Positions 34,548 through 44,112 of a stretch of DNA of 52,680 nucleotides are shown piece after piece. The notes beneath the pieces were generated by a model. It saw nothing but the letters and a program-made list of their open reading frames with translations. It ran no database searches and was not told the DNA's origin. Origin of the DNA: a virus. Lineage: Duplodnaviria > Caudoviricetes. The stretch covers positions 1-52,680 of IMG/VR virus record IMGVR_UViG_3300035670_000286, one strand, 5' to 3'. Position numbers and translations under genes: made by a program. Positions within the stretch are counted from its first letter, which is position 1. The number at the start of each line of letters is the position of its first letter.

Positions 34548-36317
34548 TTAAACTAAGCGCCAGCCGTATGTTGCTCCAGACCAGACAAATTTTACTGATG
34601 CGTTATTGATATTTAGCGCAACGTCTGTTGTGGCTCCCATGATCTTATGGCTAGTATTTGCTCTTCCTACTGTTACGTTTCTTGCGGCAAACGTTCCTGC
34701 AACGTCAACAATTCGAACACCGTCTCCTAAAGAAGGAGATGCAGGAAGATTGATCGTGAATGCTGCGCTTGATGTATCAGCAAAAATGGCATCGTTTGTT
34801 GTAGCAGTAAGTGTTGTATTTGCTGTGGTCCAAGTTTCTGAAACCGCATAATTATCAACATAATACTTAACCGCATATTCGGTAGGAATTGCAGTATTTG
34901 AGGAGCCAGCGAGAGTTCCGTCTGTTGAGAATTCATCAACTGTTGCGCCAGTGTTTACGTTGATTGTGTTTGCGTAGACTGCGCCAGCAACACCAAGACC
35001 ACCAGCAACTATCAATGCACCTGTTGTCTTGCTTGACGATGCTGTGGTGTCTGTTAGTTCTAATGCACCAGCCTTAAGTGATGGATAAACTAGGTTCGAA
35101 TCTGAGAAGTTAACAGTAGTTGTTGGCTGTGTCGATGTATTTGCAAAGAACTTAATAACGCCATCGGTTGCATCACGAACAAGACCAACATATTTTTCTG
35201 TGCCATCATTGTATGTACCAACAACACCTAAGTCAAGAACGTCTGCTGCATTGTTTGCGCCAAGATAGATGATTGGGTTGTCAACTGCAAGTGAGTCTGT
35301 CGAAACGGTGTTACCGCCACCACCAAGAGTAATTGTACCTGTAATCGATACGTTACCACCAACGTTCAAGTTACCAACTAGACCAATACCGCCGTTAACT
35401 GTCAGCGCACCTGTTGTGGTGTTTGAAGATTCAGTATCGATTTCAACGTGAACATTTAATCCAGGATTGATAACCAACTGTGTGTTGTTTGCTGGATCGT
35501 CAAAACCGTTAGCGGAGAAGATAATTTTGTTTCCAGTACCATTTGAACCAGTACCAATGACTAGGTCGCCTGAATGAACTGTATTAGCAGGTGCTTGATA
35601 AAGAATGTATGCATCATCTGCTTTTGTGACGCCATAAGCACCTTCAGCATAGTTTGATGAGTTGATACCGAATGAAGTCCAACCGTCTGTGGTGTTACCT
35701 GTTGCGTGAATTGCAATGAATTCTGCGTATGCGCCATCACCTTCGCTCTTATTGACAATCAGCATGTCAACCGCAGCATTGGTATTTGCAATCGCAGCAA
35801 CTTTGTGGGTTTCCGCATTATCACCACGATCCGTAGCCCAGTTTTCTACGTCACCACCAGCGGCTAAATGTTCGCTTGCGTGAACGTGATAGGCATCAAT
35901 TCTGTCTGTAGTGTGTAGGTTACCGTTTGCCGCATGAATTACTGTAGTGTTTGCACCAGAACCGAAGGTAGTAGTCGCCGTAACAGTTGTTGAGCCTTCA
36001 ATTCTGACAGAATTCAAATTCGCCTGAGTTGTTGCGGTTAAATTAGTTACTGTAAGTCTGTCTGTGCTGGAATTATAAGAAATTCCCGAATCATCGGTAA
36101 TTAATCCACTTGCACCAACAAGAGCAACTCGACCGTTTGTTAGGGTACTAATATTTAAAGTATTAGAAAATAATCCATCTGCGTGAACTGATTGTGTCGA
36201 ATACTCACCGGGACCTGCTGGTGTATCAGTAAACGCATTCAGCGTGTTACTGATGTTATTTACTGTCTGTCTAAACTCATTGAAGGTATTAGACAATTGA
36301 ACTTGATTTATTGTCAT
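34548..36317 (-). CDS. Tail fibre protein with a C-terminal T4 gp34-like beta domain
   Basis: N-terminal anchor (V...NTFNEFR..VN.I), TTGAL.V.GG.G fibre repeats, C-terminal DTSSAAFTINLPASPSLGD.V.IVD...GWRLV. Confidence 0.8.
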   Translation of the reverse strand: MTINQVQLSNTFNEFRQTVNNISNTLNAFTDTPAGPGEYSTQSVHADGLFSNTLNISTLTNGRVALVGASGLITDDSGISYNSSTDRLTVTNLTATTQANLNSVRIEGSTTVTATTTFGSGANTTVIHAANGNLHTTDRIDAYHVHASEHLAAGGDVENWATDRGDNAETHKVAAIANTNAAVDMLIVNKSEGDGAYAEFIAIHATGNTTDGWTSFGINSSNYAEGAYGVTKADDAYILYQAPANTVHSGDLVIGTGSNGTGNKIIFSANGFDDPANNTQLVINPGLNVHVEIDTESSNTTTGALTVNGGIGLVGNLNVGGNVSITGTITLGGGGNTVSTDSLAVDNPIIYLGANNAADVLDLGVVGTYNDGTEKYVGLVRDATDGVIKFFANTSTQPTTTVNFSDSNLVYPSLKAGALELTDTTASSSKTTGALIVAGGLGVAGAVYANTINVNTGATVDEFSTDGTLAGSSNTAIPTEYAVKYYVDNYAVSETWTTANTTLTATTNDAIFADTSSAAFTINLPASPSLGDGVRIVDVAGTFAARNVTVGRANTSHKIMGATTDVALNINNASVKFVWSGATYGWRLV

Positions 36318-36319
36318 AG

Positions 36320-36565
36320 TTACTCTCTCTCTTTGGTAATTTTAAGCAATAGGGTTTTAATATCTGTCAGATCACACTTGAGTTGAACAATCTCATTCTT
36401 AAGTGCATCTATTTCCGAACTATTCTTATTTATATCGATTGACTTCCTTTTTTGTATCTTATATTTTAAAAGTGAGTCAATATCTGTATTTAAAATAGCC
36501 TTGGAGTGAGCATCTCTCTCCGTAAAGCCCCTAACTGGATCAGAAATTCTTAATCTAGAACTCAT
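36320..36565 (-). CDS. Conserved hypothetical coiled-coil protein after VrlC
   Basis: RD..SKAILNTD...EI..LK.EI..LK.DL..IK.LL. Confidence 0.7.
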   Translation of the reverse strand: MSSRLRISDPVRGFTERDAHSKAILNTDIDSLLKYKIQKRKSIDINKNSSEIDALKNEIVQLKCDLTDIKTLLLKITKERE

Positions 36566-39500
36566 GCTAGTGCAATTCCTCTTAGGTCTTTAATTTTTGG
36601 CGCATAGTTCGGATTGCTTGATAAAAATACTACCTTAATCGAGAAGTATTTATATCCTTGGAATGTTCTTCCGTCTGGTGTAGTATAAGCGACCTCATTA
36701 TTTAATACGCGGTAAATGTCTTCGCCGCTTGCGGTTGTGCTGAAATTGCTTTCTACTGTCAAGAATTCATTATTTGAAATGGTAGAAACAACTCTTTCAG
36801 TTCTCGCAACACCAACTGCAATGGTATCGCCAATTTTCAAATCTTCCGTAAATCTTGTAGAACTACCCTGAACTACAGAAGATGCGCTGTTAATCGTAAC
36901 GGTACCGGCTAGTAATTCTGCACCACCTGTTTTTACTCCAGCAGGCAATACATACTTTTCTTCCTTGAAATCTGACTGATTCAAGGTAAATGTTTCCGAA
37001 CCAACTAAAGCCATTTCAGTATAGAATTTATCGTCAAACGCATCCGAATCGTTTTCATTCAGAAGTTTTGCGTAAACTTTGATACTTGTGCCAGGCGGTC
37101 TATTTACATTCAAATAGACTGCAAGATCACTCGCTTCAAATCCGTCATTCAAAGTAATAATCTTAGTAATGTATCTAGACAACGAAGAATATGGTCCTGT
37201 TGGATTTTCTTCATTGCGAATTGTCATAGTCTGACTTACTGCATTTGATGTGGTAAAGTTAGTATCAACTGTCAGATATGTGTTATTAGACACATTCTGA
37301 ATTCTTCTATACTCATCACCAAAGAATGCGTATTCACCAGCAAAAACTGTATTAGAGAAATCCGTTCCTGTTCCAACAACAAAATTCGTGCCAGAGGTGT
37401 AAGTTACTGTACCATCAATTGCGGTATTGAGATCATTGTTAATGATGTTCTTTGAAAGATTAAACTTCAAGTTTTCATCGTCAACATATGGAGTAATATA
37501 TTTGTTAATGGATGTTAATGTTGCTCTTAATTGAAGCGATTTAAATCCATTACTTGTCTCTGCCGATGAGTTTGTAACTTGCTTTCTACTAGAGAAGTTT
37601 AGTCTTTCATAGTTTTTAATTGAAGTCCAATCTTCGTCTACGGCATATGTGCTGTCGGCAGTTTTAACTTCATACTGAATAACTGTGCCTGGCAATACCT
37701 GATCACCAATGATTGGATGAATAGCATCGTAAGTGATGTTATTCGCAACATCAAAGTTTGTCCAGTATGCAATTCTGCTCTGCGAAATATTAAACTCTGC
37801 AATATACATGGTAAACTTAGCGTCTGTATTCTGGCGCGCTGTCCATGTTCTATCATTTGAAGAAGAGAATAACAATCCGCTGTTATACGCAGATTCAATT
37901 CTAATATTCAAGTCTGGATTGGTTACGTCAATTTGTCCTAGTTCAGCAACCCAAATTGCAAAGTCTGGATCATTATTATCTGGTTTCATGCAGAATGCAT
38001 AATCAGAACCAGGTTTCAAATAGACTGGATTCTTAAACGCAAAGTTAGTTGGCTCTGACGCATCTTCAGAAGTATTAATTTCTGAGTTCTTCAAATATGC
38101 TTCGTCACCCACACCCGCATAGCGAGGTGATGGGAAACCATTTTCAATTTCTCTGAGTTCAACTCGAACACCTCTAGAATCTTCTTGAGACTTATTTCTA
38201 AAATACAAGTCAATAGAAGTTACATAAAATCCATTTGGATATGTATCCGGGTCAACATAGAATGACTGAGACAATGGGTCTGTAGACACGCGAGGTGGCG
38301 GCGGAATAGAAACTCTTGAAGTTTCAACTCTTTGTTCGTTTACCGTTCTTCTACCAAGAGGAACAATATTATCTGCACCAGTAAATGATACGTTGTATGG
38401 GCGCGAGTTAATTGTGAAGTCACCGGTCTGCTGCTTAATACCTTGAGCATAGATGGTATTTCTTGCGCTAGTGATTGTGGTGCCTTCAGAATTTGTCGGG
38501 CTGTCTGTTACTTTGAATTCTCGCTGACCAACATAGAATGTTTTTTCAGGAACACGGAAGAGAAGGTAAATTTCACCATCTTCAACATACATTGGGTCAA
38601 TAGAACCGTCTGCTTTAATGTCCCAATTTGTTCCTTGATTCTGTAAGAATCCAGCATTATCGAATTCATCATTCAATTCTTCAATGGTAGTATTGTTCTT
38701 CAGATAAATCTGATAGCAATTTTCAGTTACATTGATACCGTCAAAGAATGCGTAAATTCTAGAATTGTTTTTCAAACCATTCGCTCGGATGATGAATTCT
38801 CTTTCTCTCATCCATAATGCGGTTTCAACTCTAATAACACGTTCGAAAGAAACTTCTTGTTTGCCTGTAGCAGATTGAGAGCCTGATGCAAGTTGATTAA
38901 ATGCATCTGCGGTTGTTCTTTGAAGTTGTGTCGTTACTTGTTGTCCTTGACCCCATGTGCCACCTGCTTCAGTTCTTGTTTGTGCAGTCCCAGCAACAAG
39001 AGAGGTCTGCTCTGATCCACCAACCCAATGAACATTAAGTGGTGCAACTTCAGAGTTCCATGCGTCAACCAATGCTCTCCAGTTTTCTGCATCGCCCGTA
39101 TCATCATAGGTAATTGCTTGTTCTGGATCGTTTACTGTATCGAAGAAGTTATCAACGTGAGGAATAACTTTCAAGTCTCCAGTCCAGAAGAAATTCAATT
39201 CTTCTGCCAAACGCAACTGCTTAGATGCATATGACTGTTTGAGACCTGCTGCTTCAACTTCAGTATATGGCAACATAATTTTGTTACCATCTTGTCTTTC
39301 TGTAGTAGAAGAACCTGACTGAAATTTAAAGTCGATTGTGTTTGCGTTATCTTGCTTTGTGGTGCAGAAACGATTAATCTTATCGATAGCGGCGGAGAAG
39401 TCTGCGTTCACTGTGTATGCAACTGAGTGACCTGAGAATGGATCGACAATGATACCATTCTTAAATCTGTCAAGACCGTCAGAATCAAGTTCAGTAGTTT

Positions 39501-42500
39501 CTGCTGCTTGTTTTTCCAAGAATGAAAGCGAGGTGAAGTATTCAACTCTTTCAAGTCTCTCATTCATCTTTCCAATATCTCTCATTGTGTAACGCTTGTT
39601 CTTCAACAAACGAATTACAACATCTTTAGGCTGTGAAGGATATGGAGGAACAACAATCTCAGCAAGTTCTAGTGTGTCTGGCTTTGTTGGTGGTGTAATA
39701 GGAATCTGATTTCCTGCTGATGCAGGAGTACCATCATTGATACCAAATACACCCCTATTATTGATATAGACTTTAGAGATTCTACCTTTGTAGTAAATCA
39801 AGTCAGCATCAAAGTCTGATGTTGGCTGTGGGAAATGAATACCACCAGACGGAATCTGATATGTTCCAGGATCAACTGGATTCAATCCAGTTGCGGCAGT
39901 CTTAATAGGTCTGAAGTCTAAGCAATCTCTTAGATTGAAAGAACGTCCTGTTGTTGGACTGGTAAATACAGGAATGTCAGTAGTGTTAATTGTGGTGTTT
40001 GAAGAAGCACTATCATTAACTGGATATGAGTCTACTGATGCATAACCAAGACCTTGTGAGGTGTCATGCACAAAATGATCAAACACCACAAGCAATCTAC
40101 CGGTAGGAGTTACGCCTGGTTTTGGACGAATAGTTGCATGTTCATATGCATAGTCTCTTTGTCCATTATCAACATTATAATTACTGGTAACGTCTGTGTC
40201 TGATGTTGTCGCCGCGGTGTCAAAATCTGCGGATTGATGAATTGAGTGTATTTGATACAAGTCACCATATCCAAGACTAAATGGTCCTGAAATTCCGCTA
40301 GGATGTGTATTAGGATTCAGATTAGTTTCTGTTCTATAGTTTAGAGTCTTACGCTTTTCTCTTGCGTTTGCTCTGTCCATAGATACGATAACGTCAGCAG
40401 TAAATGTTGCCGATTCTTTTAGATCGATAACTACTGTGCCGGGTGAAGAAACGTTTACGCTTCTTGTTGATCCTGAGCCACCAAGTCCTGATAAATCGAT
40501 TGGTGCTCCAGTTGAAAGAACTTTTAGGAAAGATGCACCTGAAGCACCTGCTGTATGAGAATTTTCTAAAGTTAAACCAACATTACTTTCAATTGAAGCA
40601 ACTCTAACTTTTTGGCTGCCAATCTTAATATTGTCGCCAATGTTAAGTTGAGTGGAGAAACTTGTACCCGAACCAACAACTGATGTTGAACCAGCACCAA
40701 CTGTTACGGTGCCTGTTAGGTTAGAAGTTTCAACATCTGATCCACCATTATTAACAACAACCATATAAAAGTTGTCTTTTTGAACTTCGCTCAATACACC
40801 TGTACCGATGAATGATTCACTAGAATCAGTTGTCGCAATTGTAGCAACACCGGCAGAGAAGGTAACTGAGAATTTCTTTTTGAATCTGAAACCAGATTCA
40901 ATGTTTTGCTGCGTGTCTCTAATTGTCTTGATAGCATCAAAAGGCAATTTAAAAATCATGCTATTGAAAGAAGTTTCTTTCAGAGTAGCATTACCTAAAG
41001 GATCAAGAACAATGTCAGCAAATCGTTTTGGTGTCGCTGAGTCATAAATTGAACGAACCTGAGTAAATGATTTACCAGATGACATTTCAATCTCATACAA
41101 ATACAAATAGTATGATGCGTTACTCAAACCTGGCGTGCCCGAAACATATTCAATAGCACGAACACGCGCCTCACCAATTTTATTTCCAGTAACGCTTGCA
41201 GAAGAAAATGTATGATTTGTAATTACTTGCTGTGGAGTATCATACAAGTCAACTTTAGTTGCTTCCATGAAATCCCAGCCACCAACTAGTTCATTAACTT
41301 CGATGTATTGACCATAGTTGATTTGTGTTTTAGTCTGTTCGACATATTGGGTGTCAAGACCTTTTGAAATTTCTACAGGAGTTTTTACAATAATCTGATT
41401 GCGATATCCAGAAACGTATGAGGTGAATGGATCAACTTCAAGCAATAAAAGATTTGAGTTTCCACCCTCTTCTGCGGTGTATCTACCACCATTTGTTCCT
41501 GTATCTAAGTGTTCTTTAACTGTGACGATAGGATCAGAAACAGTATAGTTACCTGACTCTTCGTTAGTTCTTTTTGCAATAACTTCTTCTAACTTGTTTT
41601 CAATGGTCGCAAGTTTTCTCTTTCTTGTGAGACCATTTTCAATCTCGGAAATAGTGAAGAATTCATTTTCTCCAGTTACTTCTTCTAGACCAATTTTAGT
41701 TAGAACAACGTCAATCTTAAATCGATCAGCACCAGGTGCTTGGAAGTTAGGAGTTCCTTGTGCGTTATCAACAAGGCTTTGGTCCGCGATATAATCCACA
41801 AAAGTTTTTTGTGGAACAAGACCAACTTTATAAGAAGGTGTATTTGTATACTTGTCTAAGATAATAGACTGTCTTGAATGTTTTACAAAATGATCCGCGA
41901 GCCAAACAACACCATCGGCAATAGTGATCTTAGACCCATAATTCGAAATGGATTCTGTAGCAAGACCTTCATTTACAATATGCGTTGTTGCGCGAGTTGT
42001 TGTTGTCTGTGCATAATCTCTGCTAGTTTTACTTAGAGTGAACAATGTTTCATTGTTTTCAAATACCGAACTTGTTCTCTTATCTGATACAGAGAAAATG
42101 TCTATAATAACAGTTTCGCCTGCATCATTTACGGTGTTAGCACTTGTTGCTGTTAAAGTACCTTCAGGATTTTTAACAATAATTTTGTTTGTGCCTGCAA
42201 CCGGATCAATAAACGTAGCCTCAATGATTGCTGTGTTTCCAGTTGAAAGATATAATGTATTTCCTGATGTAAGAGAAGATGTTGCATTGTTTACTGTTAA
42301 AACAATACTACCTACTGAAAGATAATTCACAAACAATGTTTTAGGATCGCCACCTTCAATATCAGAAACAAGTCCACAAAGTGCTTTGATACCTGTATTT
42401 GCACCGTAAATGATCTTATTCTCAAAATCTGTCACATCAACTTCAGACCCATTGTAAAGGGTCTGAAGTTTTGCGAAGTTTAAGTTAACATCTAAATTTT

Positions 42501-42714
42501 GTTCACACCCATCGACAATTGCGCCTTGCTTGAAAAAATATTCAGCAAAACGCTTAATTTGGACTTGTTGAAGAGTTTGAGCCTGTGAGAGTTCTCTAGC
42601 CTGGATTGCGCGTCCAGGAACATAGAGAACCCTTACAAACTTTTTATCCTCATCATAATCATCAAAATATGGGCTGGTGTTTAACTCTACACCACCAGGA
42701 TTCGTATTAGCCAT
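36562..42714 (-). CDS. vrlC: Large baseplate/structural protein, VrlC / DUF4815 family
   Basis: LN.SPYFDDYD..K.F.RVL..PG.A.QAREL.Q.Q, APGADR, RT.EESG.Y, RYTMRDIG, DRFKNG..VD.F, DPLSQSF, P.IKDLR.IALA. Confidence 0.88.
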   Translation of the reverse strand: MANTNPGGVELNTSPYFDDYDEDKKFVRVLYVPGRAIQARELSQAQTLQQVQIKRFAEYFFKQGAIVDGCEQNLDVNLNFAKLQTLYNGSEVDVTDFENKIIYGANTGIKALCGLVSDIEGGDPKTLFVNYLSVGSIVLTVNNATSSLTSGNTLYLSTGNTAIIEATFIDPVAGTNKIIVKNPEGTLTATSANTVNDAGETVIIDIFSVSDKRTSSVFENNETLFTLSKTSRDYAQTTTTRATTHIVNEGLATESISNYGSKITIADGVVWLADHFVKHSRQSIILDKYTNTPSYKVGLVPQKTFVDYIADQSLVDNAQGTPNFQAPGADRFKIDVVLTKIGLEEVTGENEFFTISEIENGLTRKRKLATIENKLEEVIAKRTNEESGNYTVSDPIVTVKEHLDTGTNGGRYTAEEGGNSNLLLLEVDPFTSYVSGYRNQIIVKTPVEISKGLDTQYVEQTKTQINYGQYIEVNELVGGWDFMEATKVDLYDTPQQVITNHTFSSASVTGNKIGEARVRAIEYVSGTPGLSNASYYLYLYEIEMSSGKSFTQVRSIYDSATPKRFADIVLDPLGNATLKETSFNSMIFKLPFDAIKTIRDTQQNIESGFRFKKKFSVTFSAGVATIATTDSSESFIGTGVLSEVQKDNFYMVVVNNGGSDVETSNLTGTVTVGAGSTSVVGSGTSFSTQLNIGDNIKIGSQKVRVASIESNVGLTLENSHTAGASGASFLKVLSTGAPIDLSGLGGSGSTRSVNVSSPGTVVIDLKESATFTADVIVSMDRANAREKRKTLNYRTETNLNPNTHPSGISGPFSLGYGDLYQIHSIHQSADFDTAATTSDTDVTSNYNVDNGQRDYAYEHATIRPKPGVTPTGRLLVVFDHFVHDTSQGLGYASVDSYPVNDSASSNTTINTTDIPVFTSPTTGRSFNLRDCLDFRPIKTAATGLNPVDPGTYQIPSGGIHFPQPTSDFDADLIYYKGRISKVYINNRGVFGINDGTPASAGNQIPITPPTKPDTLELAEIVVPPYPSQPKDVVIRLLKNKRYTMRDIGKMNERLERVEYFTSLSFLEKQAAETTELDSDGLDRFKNGIIVDPFSGHSVAYTVNADFSAAIDKINRFCTTKQDNANTIDFKFQSGSSTTERQDGNKIMLPYTEVEAAGLKQSYASKQLRLAEELNFFWTGDLKVIPHVDNFFDTVNDPEQAITYDDTGDAENWRALVDAWNSEVAPLNVHWVGGSEQTSLVAGTAQTRTEAGGTWGQGQQVTTQLQRTTADAFNQLASGSQSATGKQEVSFERVIRVETALWMREREFIIRANGLKNNSRIYAFFDGINVTENCYQIYLKNNTTIEELNDEFDNAGFLQNQGTNWDIKADGSIDPMYVEDGEIYLLFRVPEKTFYVGQREFKVTDSPTNSEGTTITSARNTIYAQGIKQQTGDFTINSRPYNVSFTGADNIVPLGRRTVNEQRVETSRVSIPPPPRVSTDPLSQSFYVDPDTYPNGFYVTSIDLYFRNKSQEDSRGVRVELREIENGFPSPRYAGVGDEAYLKNSEINTSEDASEPTNFAFKNPVYLKPGSDYAFCMKPDNNDPDFAIWVAELGQIDVTNPDLNIRIESAYNSGLLFSSSNDRTWTARQNTDAKFTMYIAEFNISQSRIAYWTNFDVANNITYDAIHPIIGDQVLPGTVIQYEVKTADSTYAVDEDWTSIKNYERLNFSSRKQVTNSSAETSNGFKSLQLRATLTSINKYITPYVDDENLKFNLSKNIINNDLNTAIDGTVTYTSGTNFVVGTGTDFSNTVFAGEYAFFGDEYRRIQNVSNNTYLTVDTNFTTSNAVSQTMTIRNEENPTGPYSSLSRYITKIITLNDGFEASDLAVYLNVNRPPGTSIKVYAKLLNENDSDAFDDKFYTEMALVGSETFTLNQSDFKEEKYVLPAGVKTGGAELLAGTVTINSASSVVQGSSTRFTEDLKIGDTIAVGVARTERVVSTISNNEFLTVESNFSTTASGEDIYRVLNNEVAYTTPDGRTFQGYKYFSIKVVFLSSNPNYAPKIKDLRGIALA

Positions 42715-42740
42715 TCAAATATTTCCAATTAAACCTTAGA

Positions 42741-44027
42741 TTAGAATTGAATAATAAGTTTAACGTCCTCAATCTGATCGGATGCTCTAGAAATAGGCAC
42801 ACGGTTTTCAACGTAGATAATATCACCAGAGTATGGTTGCAGTCCTGGATTTTCAATTACAGAAATTGTACCTGAAGCACCTGATGTACCACCTGAAACT
42901 GAAGCGCCGTTAGCGAATGCATAGTTCAATGGCTGGTTTACATACAGAATACCATTTGTGTTGTCCCACTCAACAACTGTTGCGGTGTTAGAGCCGCTAG
43001 TAATAGTTTCGTCAAGTAAGAATGGACCGCTAGAAACACCGGTCAGAGTATACTTGTATGTCTGGCGATATGAAGTTGCAACTGCGCGAGTTGTAGTGCC
43101 GTAAGTGTATGGATCGCGAACGATACCGACTTGACGGAATTCGTTAGCGGTAGACAGAGTGTTAGACTCATTGCCGTCTAGACGAACGTTCAACATGATA
43201 TACTTACCGCCTAGTTCTTCAACTGCGTTTGCACCATGTCCACCCTTAGGTGAAATGATAGGTACTGCTGTTGCTGCGCCGGATGCGAAAGTCGCTGTTG
43301 CATATGTGTAGCCTGAGCCTGGATTTGTAATTGTTACTGAAGTAACTGCGCCAGCAGAAATTGTGCAGTTTGCTGTTGCGCCAGTACCGTCACCAGAAAT
43401 AGTGACTGCCGGTGCTGAACCATAGCCAGAACCACCAGAAGTAACCTTGACGAAGTTGATTGCTCCGTCAACTGCTGCTGCTTGAACGTCCCACTGGTCC
43501 GTACCATCGTCAGAATCAAGTTTCTGAACTGGAATGTAGTCGTTTGTCAAGAACTTCAGAGCGCGAGCCGTTGTAACGGTATACATATATTTCCAGATGT
43601 ATCCGTCAGCGGTAGTGAACTGAGATGAACTTACGCCAGTTGGCTTAGTTGTTGATGCCGCGCCGTCGTTGTTTGAAATGCACTTGTAGACGTTATAATC
43701 TTCAGTCATTACATAGAAGTCATCTTCTAACAGGTTGGTGTCTTGATCGTCATATTGATCATAAACAACACCTGTAGTCCAGTTATGACGAGGAATTGCG
43801 TGAGTTACGTCAGCGGTAGTGATACGCTTTGCACCATACATGTCGCGCCATGGAGTAAATTCAATATTTGCAGTTGAGTTTACTGGTGTTGGAGGTGCGT
43901 TATCATCAGGAAATTCTGTATTTTTACCAATAAACAGATACATGATGGTGTTAGATGATTCAGAAAATGCTTCCGCAAACTGTTCTGCGTTATGCACTCT
44001 GAACTTGCTAGTTACGATTGATGGCAT
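42741..44027 (-). CDS. g8: Baseplate wedge subunit
   Basis: IVT.KFR..NA.QF, Y.FIGK, R.NW..G..YD.Y, YNVYKC..N, DGY.WKYMY, G.IIYVENR.PI.RA.DQ.ED.KLIIQF. Confidence 0.92.
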   Translation of the reverse strand: MPSIVTSKFRVHNAEQFAEAFSESSNTIMYLFIGKNTEFPDDNAPPTPVNSTANIEFTPWRDMYGAKRITTADVTHAIPRHNWTTGVVYDQYDDQDTNLLEDDFYVMTEDYNVYKCISNNDGAASTTKPTGVSSSQFTTADGYIWKYMYTVTTARALKFLTNDYIPVQKLDSDDGTDQWDVQAAAVDGAINFVKVTSGGSGYGSAPAVTISGDGTGATANCTISAGAVTSVTITNPGSGYTYATATFASGAATAVPIISPKGGHGANAVEELGGKYIMLNVRLDGNESNTLSTANEFRQVGIVRDPYTYGTTTRAVATSYRQTYKYTLTGVSSGPFLLDETITSGSNTATVVEWDNTNGILYVNQPLNYAFANGASVSGGTSGASGTISVIENPGLQPYSGDIIYVENRVPISRASDQIEDVKLIIQF

Positions 44028-44093
44028 GTAATTTCTCCTTTAGTATACTTTATGAGAGTTTTCAGAAATGATGGGTTGTTTGTTTCATTCACT

Positions 44094-44101
44094 TATTTAT
44101 A
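44094..44101 (-). promoter_or_regulatory. T4-type late promoter (g8 operon)
   Basis: Intergenic TATAAATA. Confidence 0.85.
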
Positions 44102-44112
44102 CATTTTTTTAG

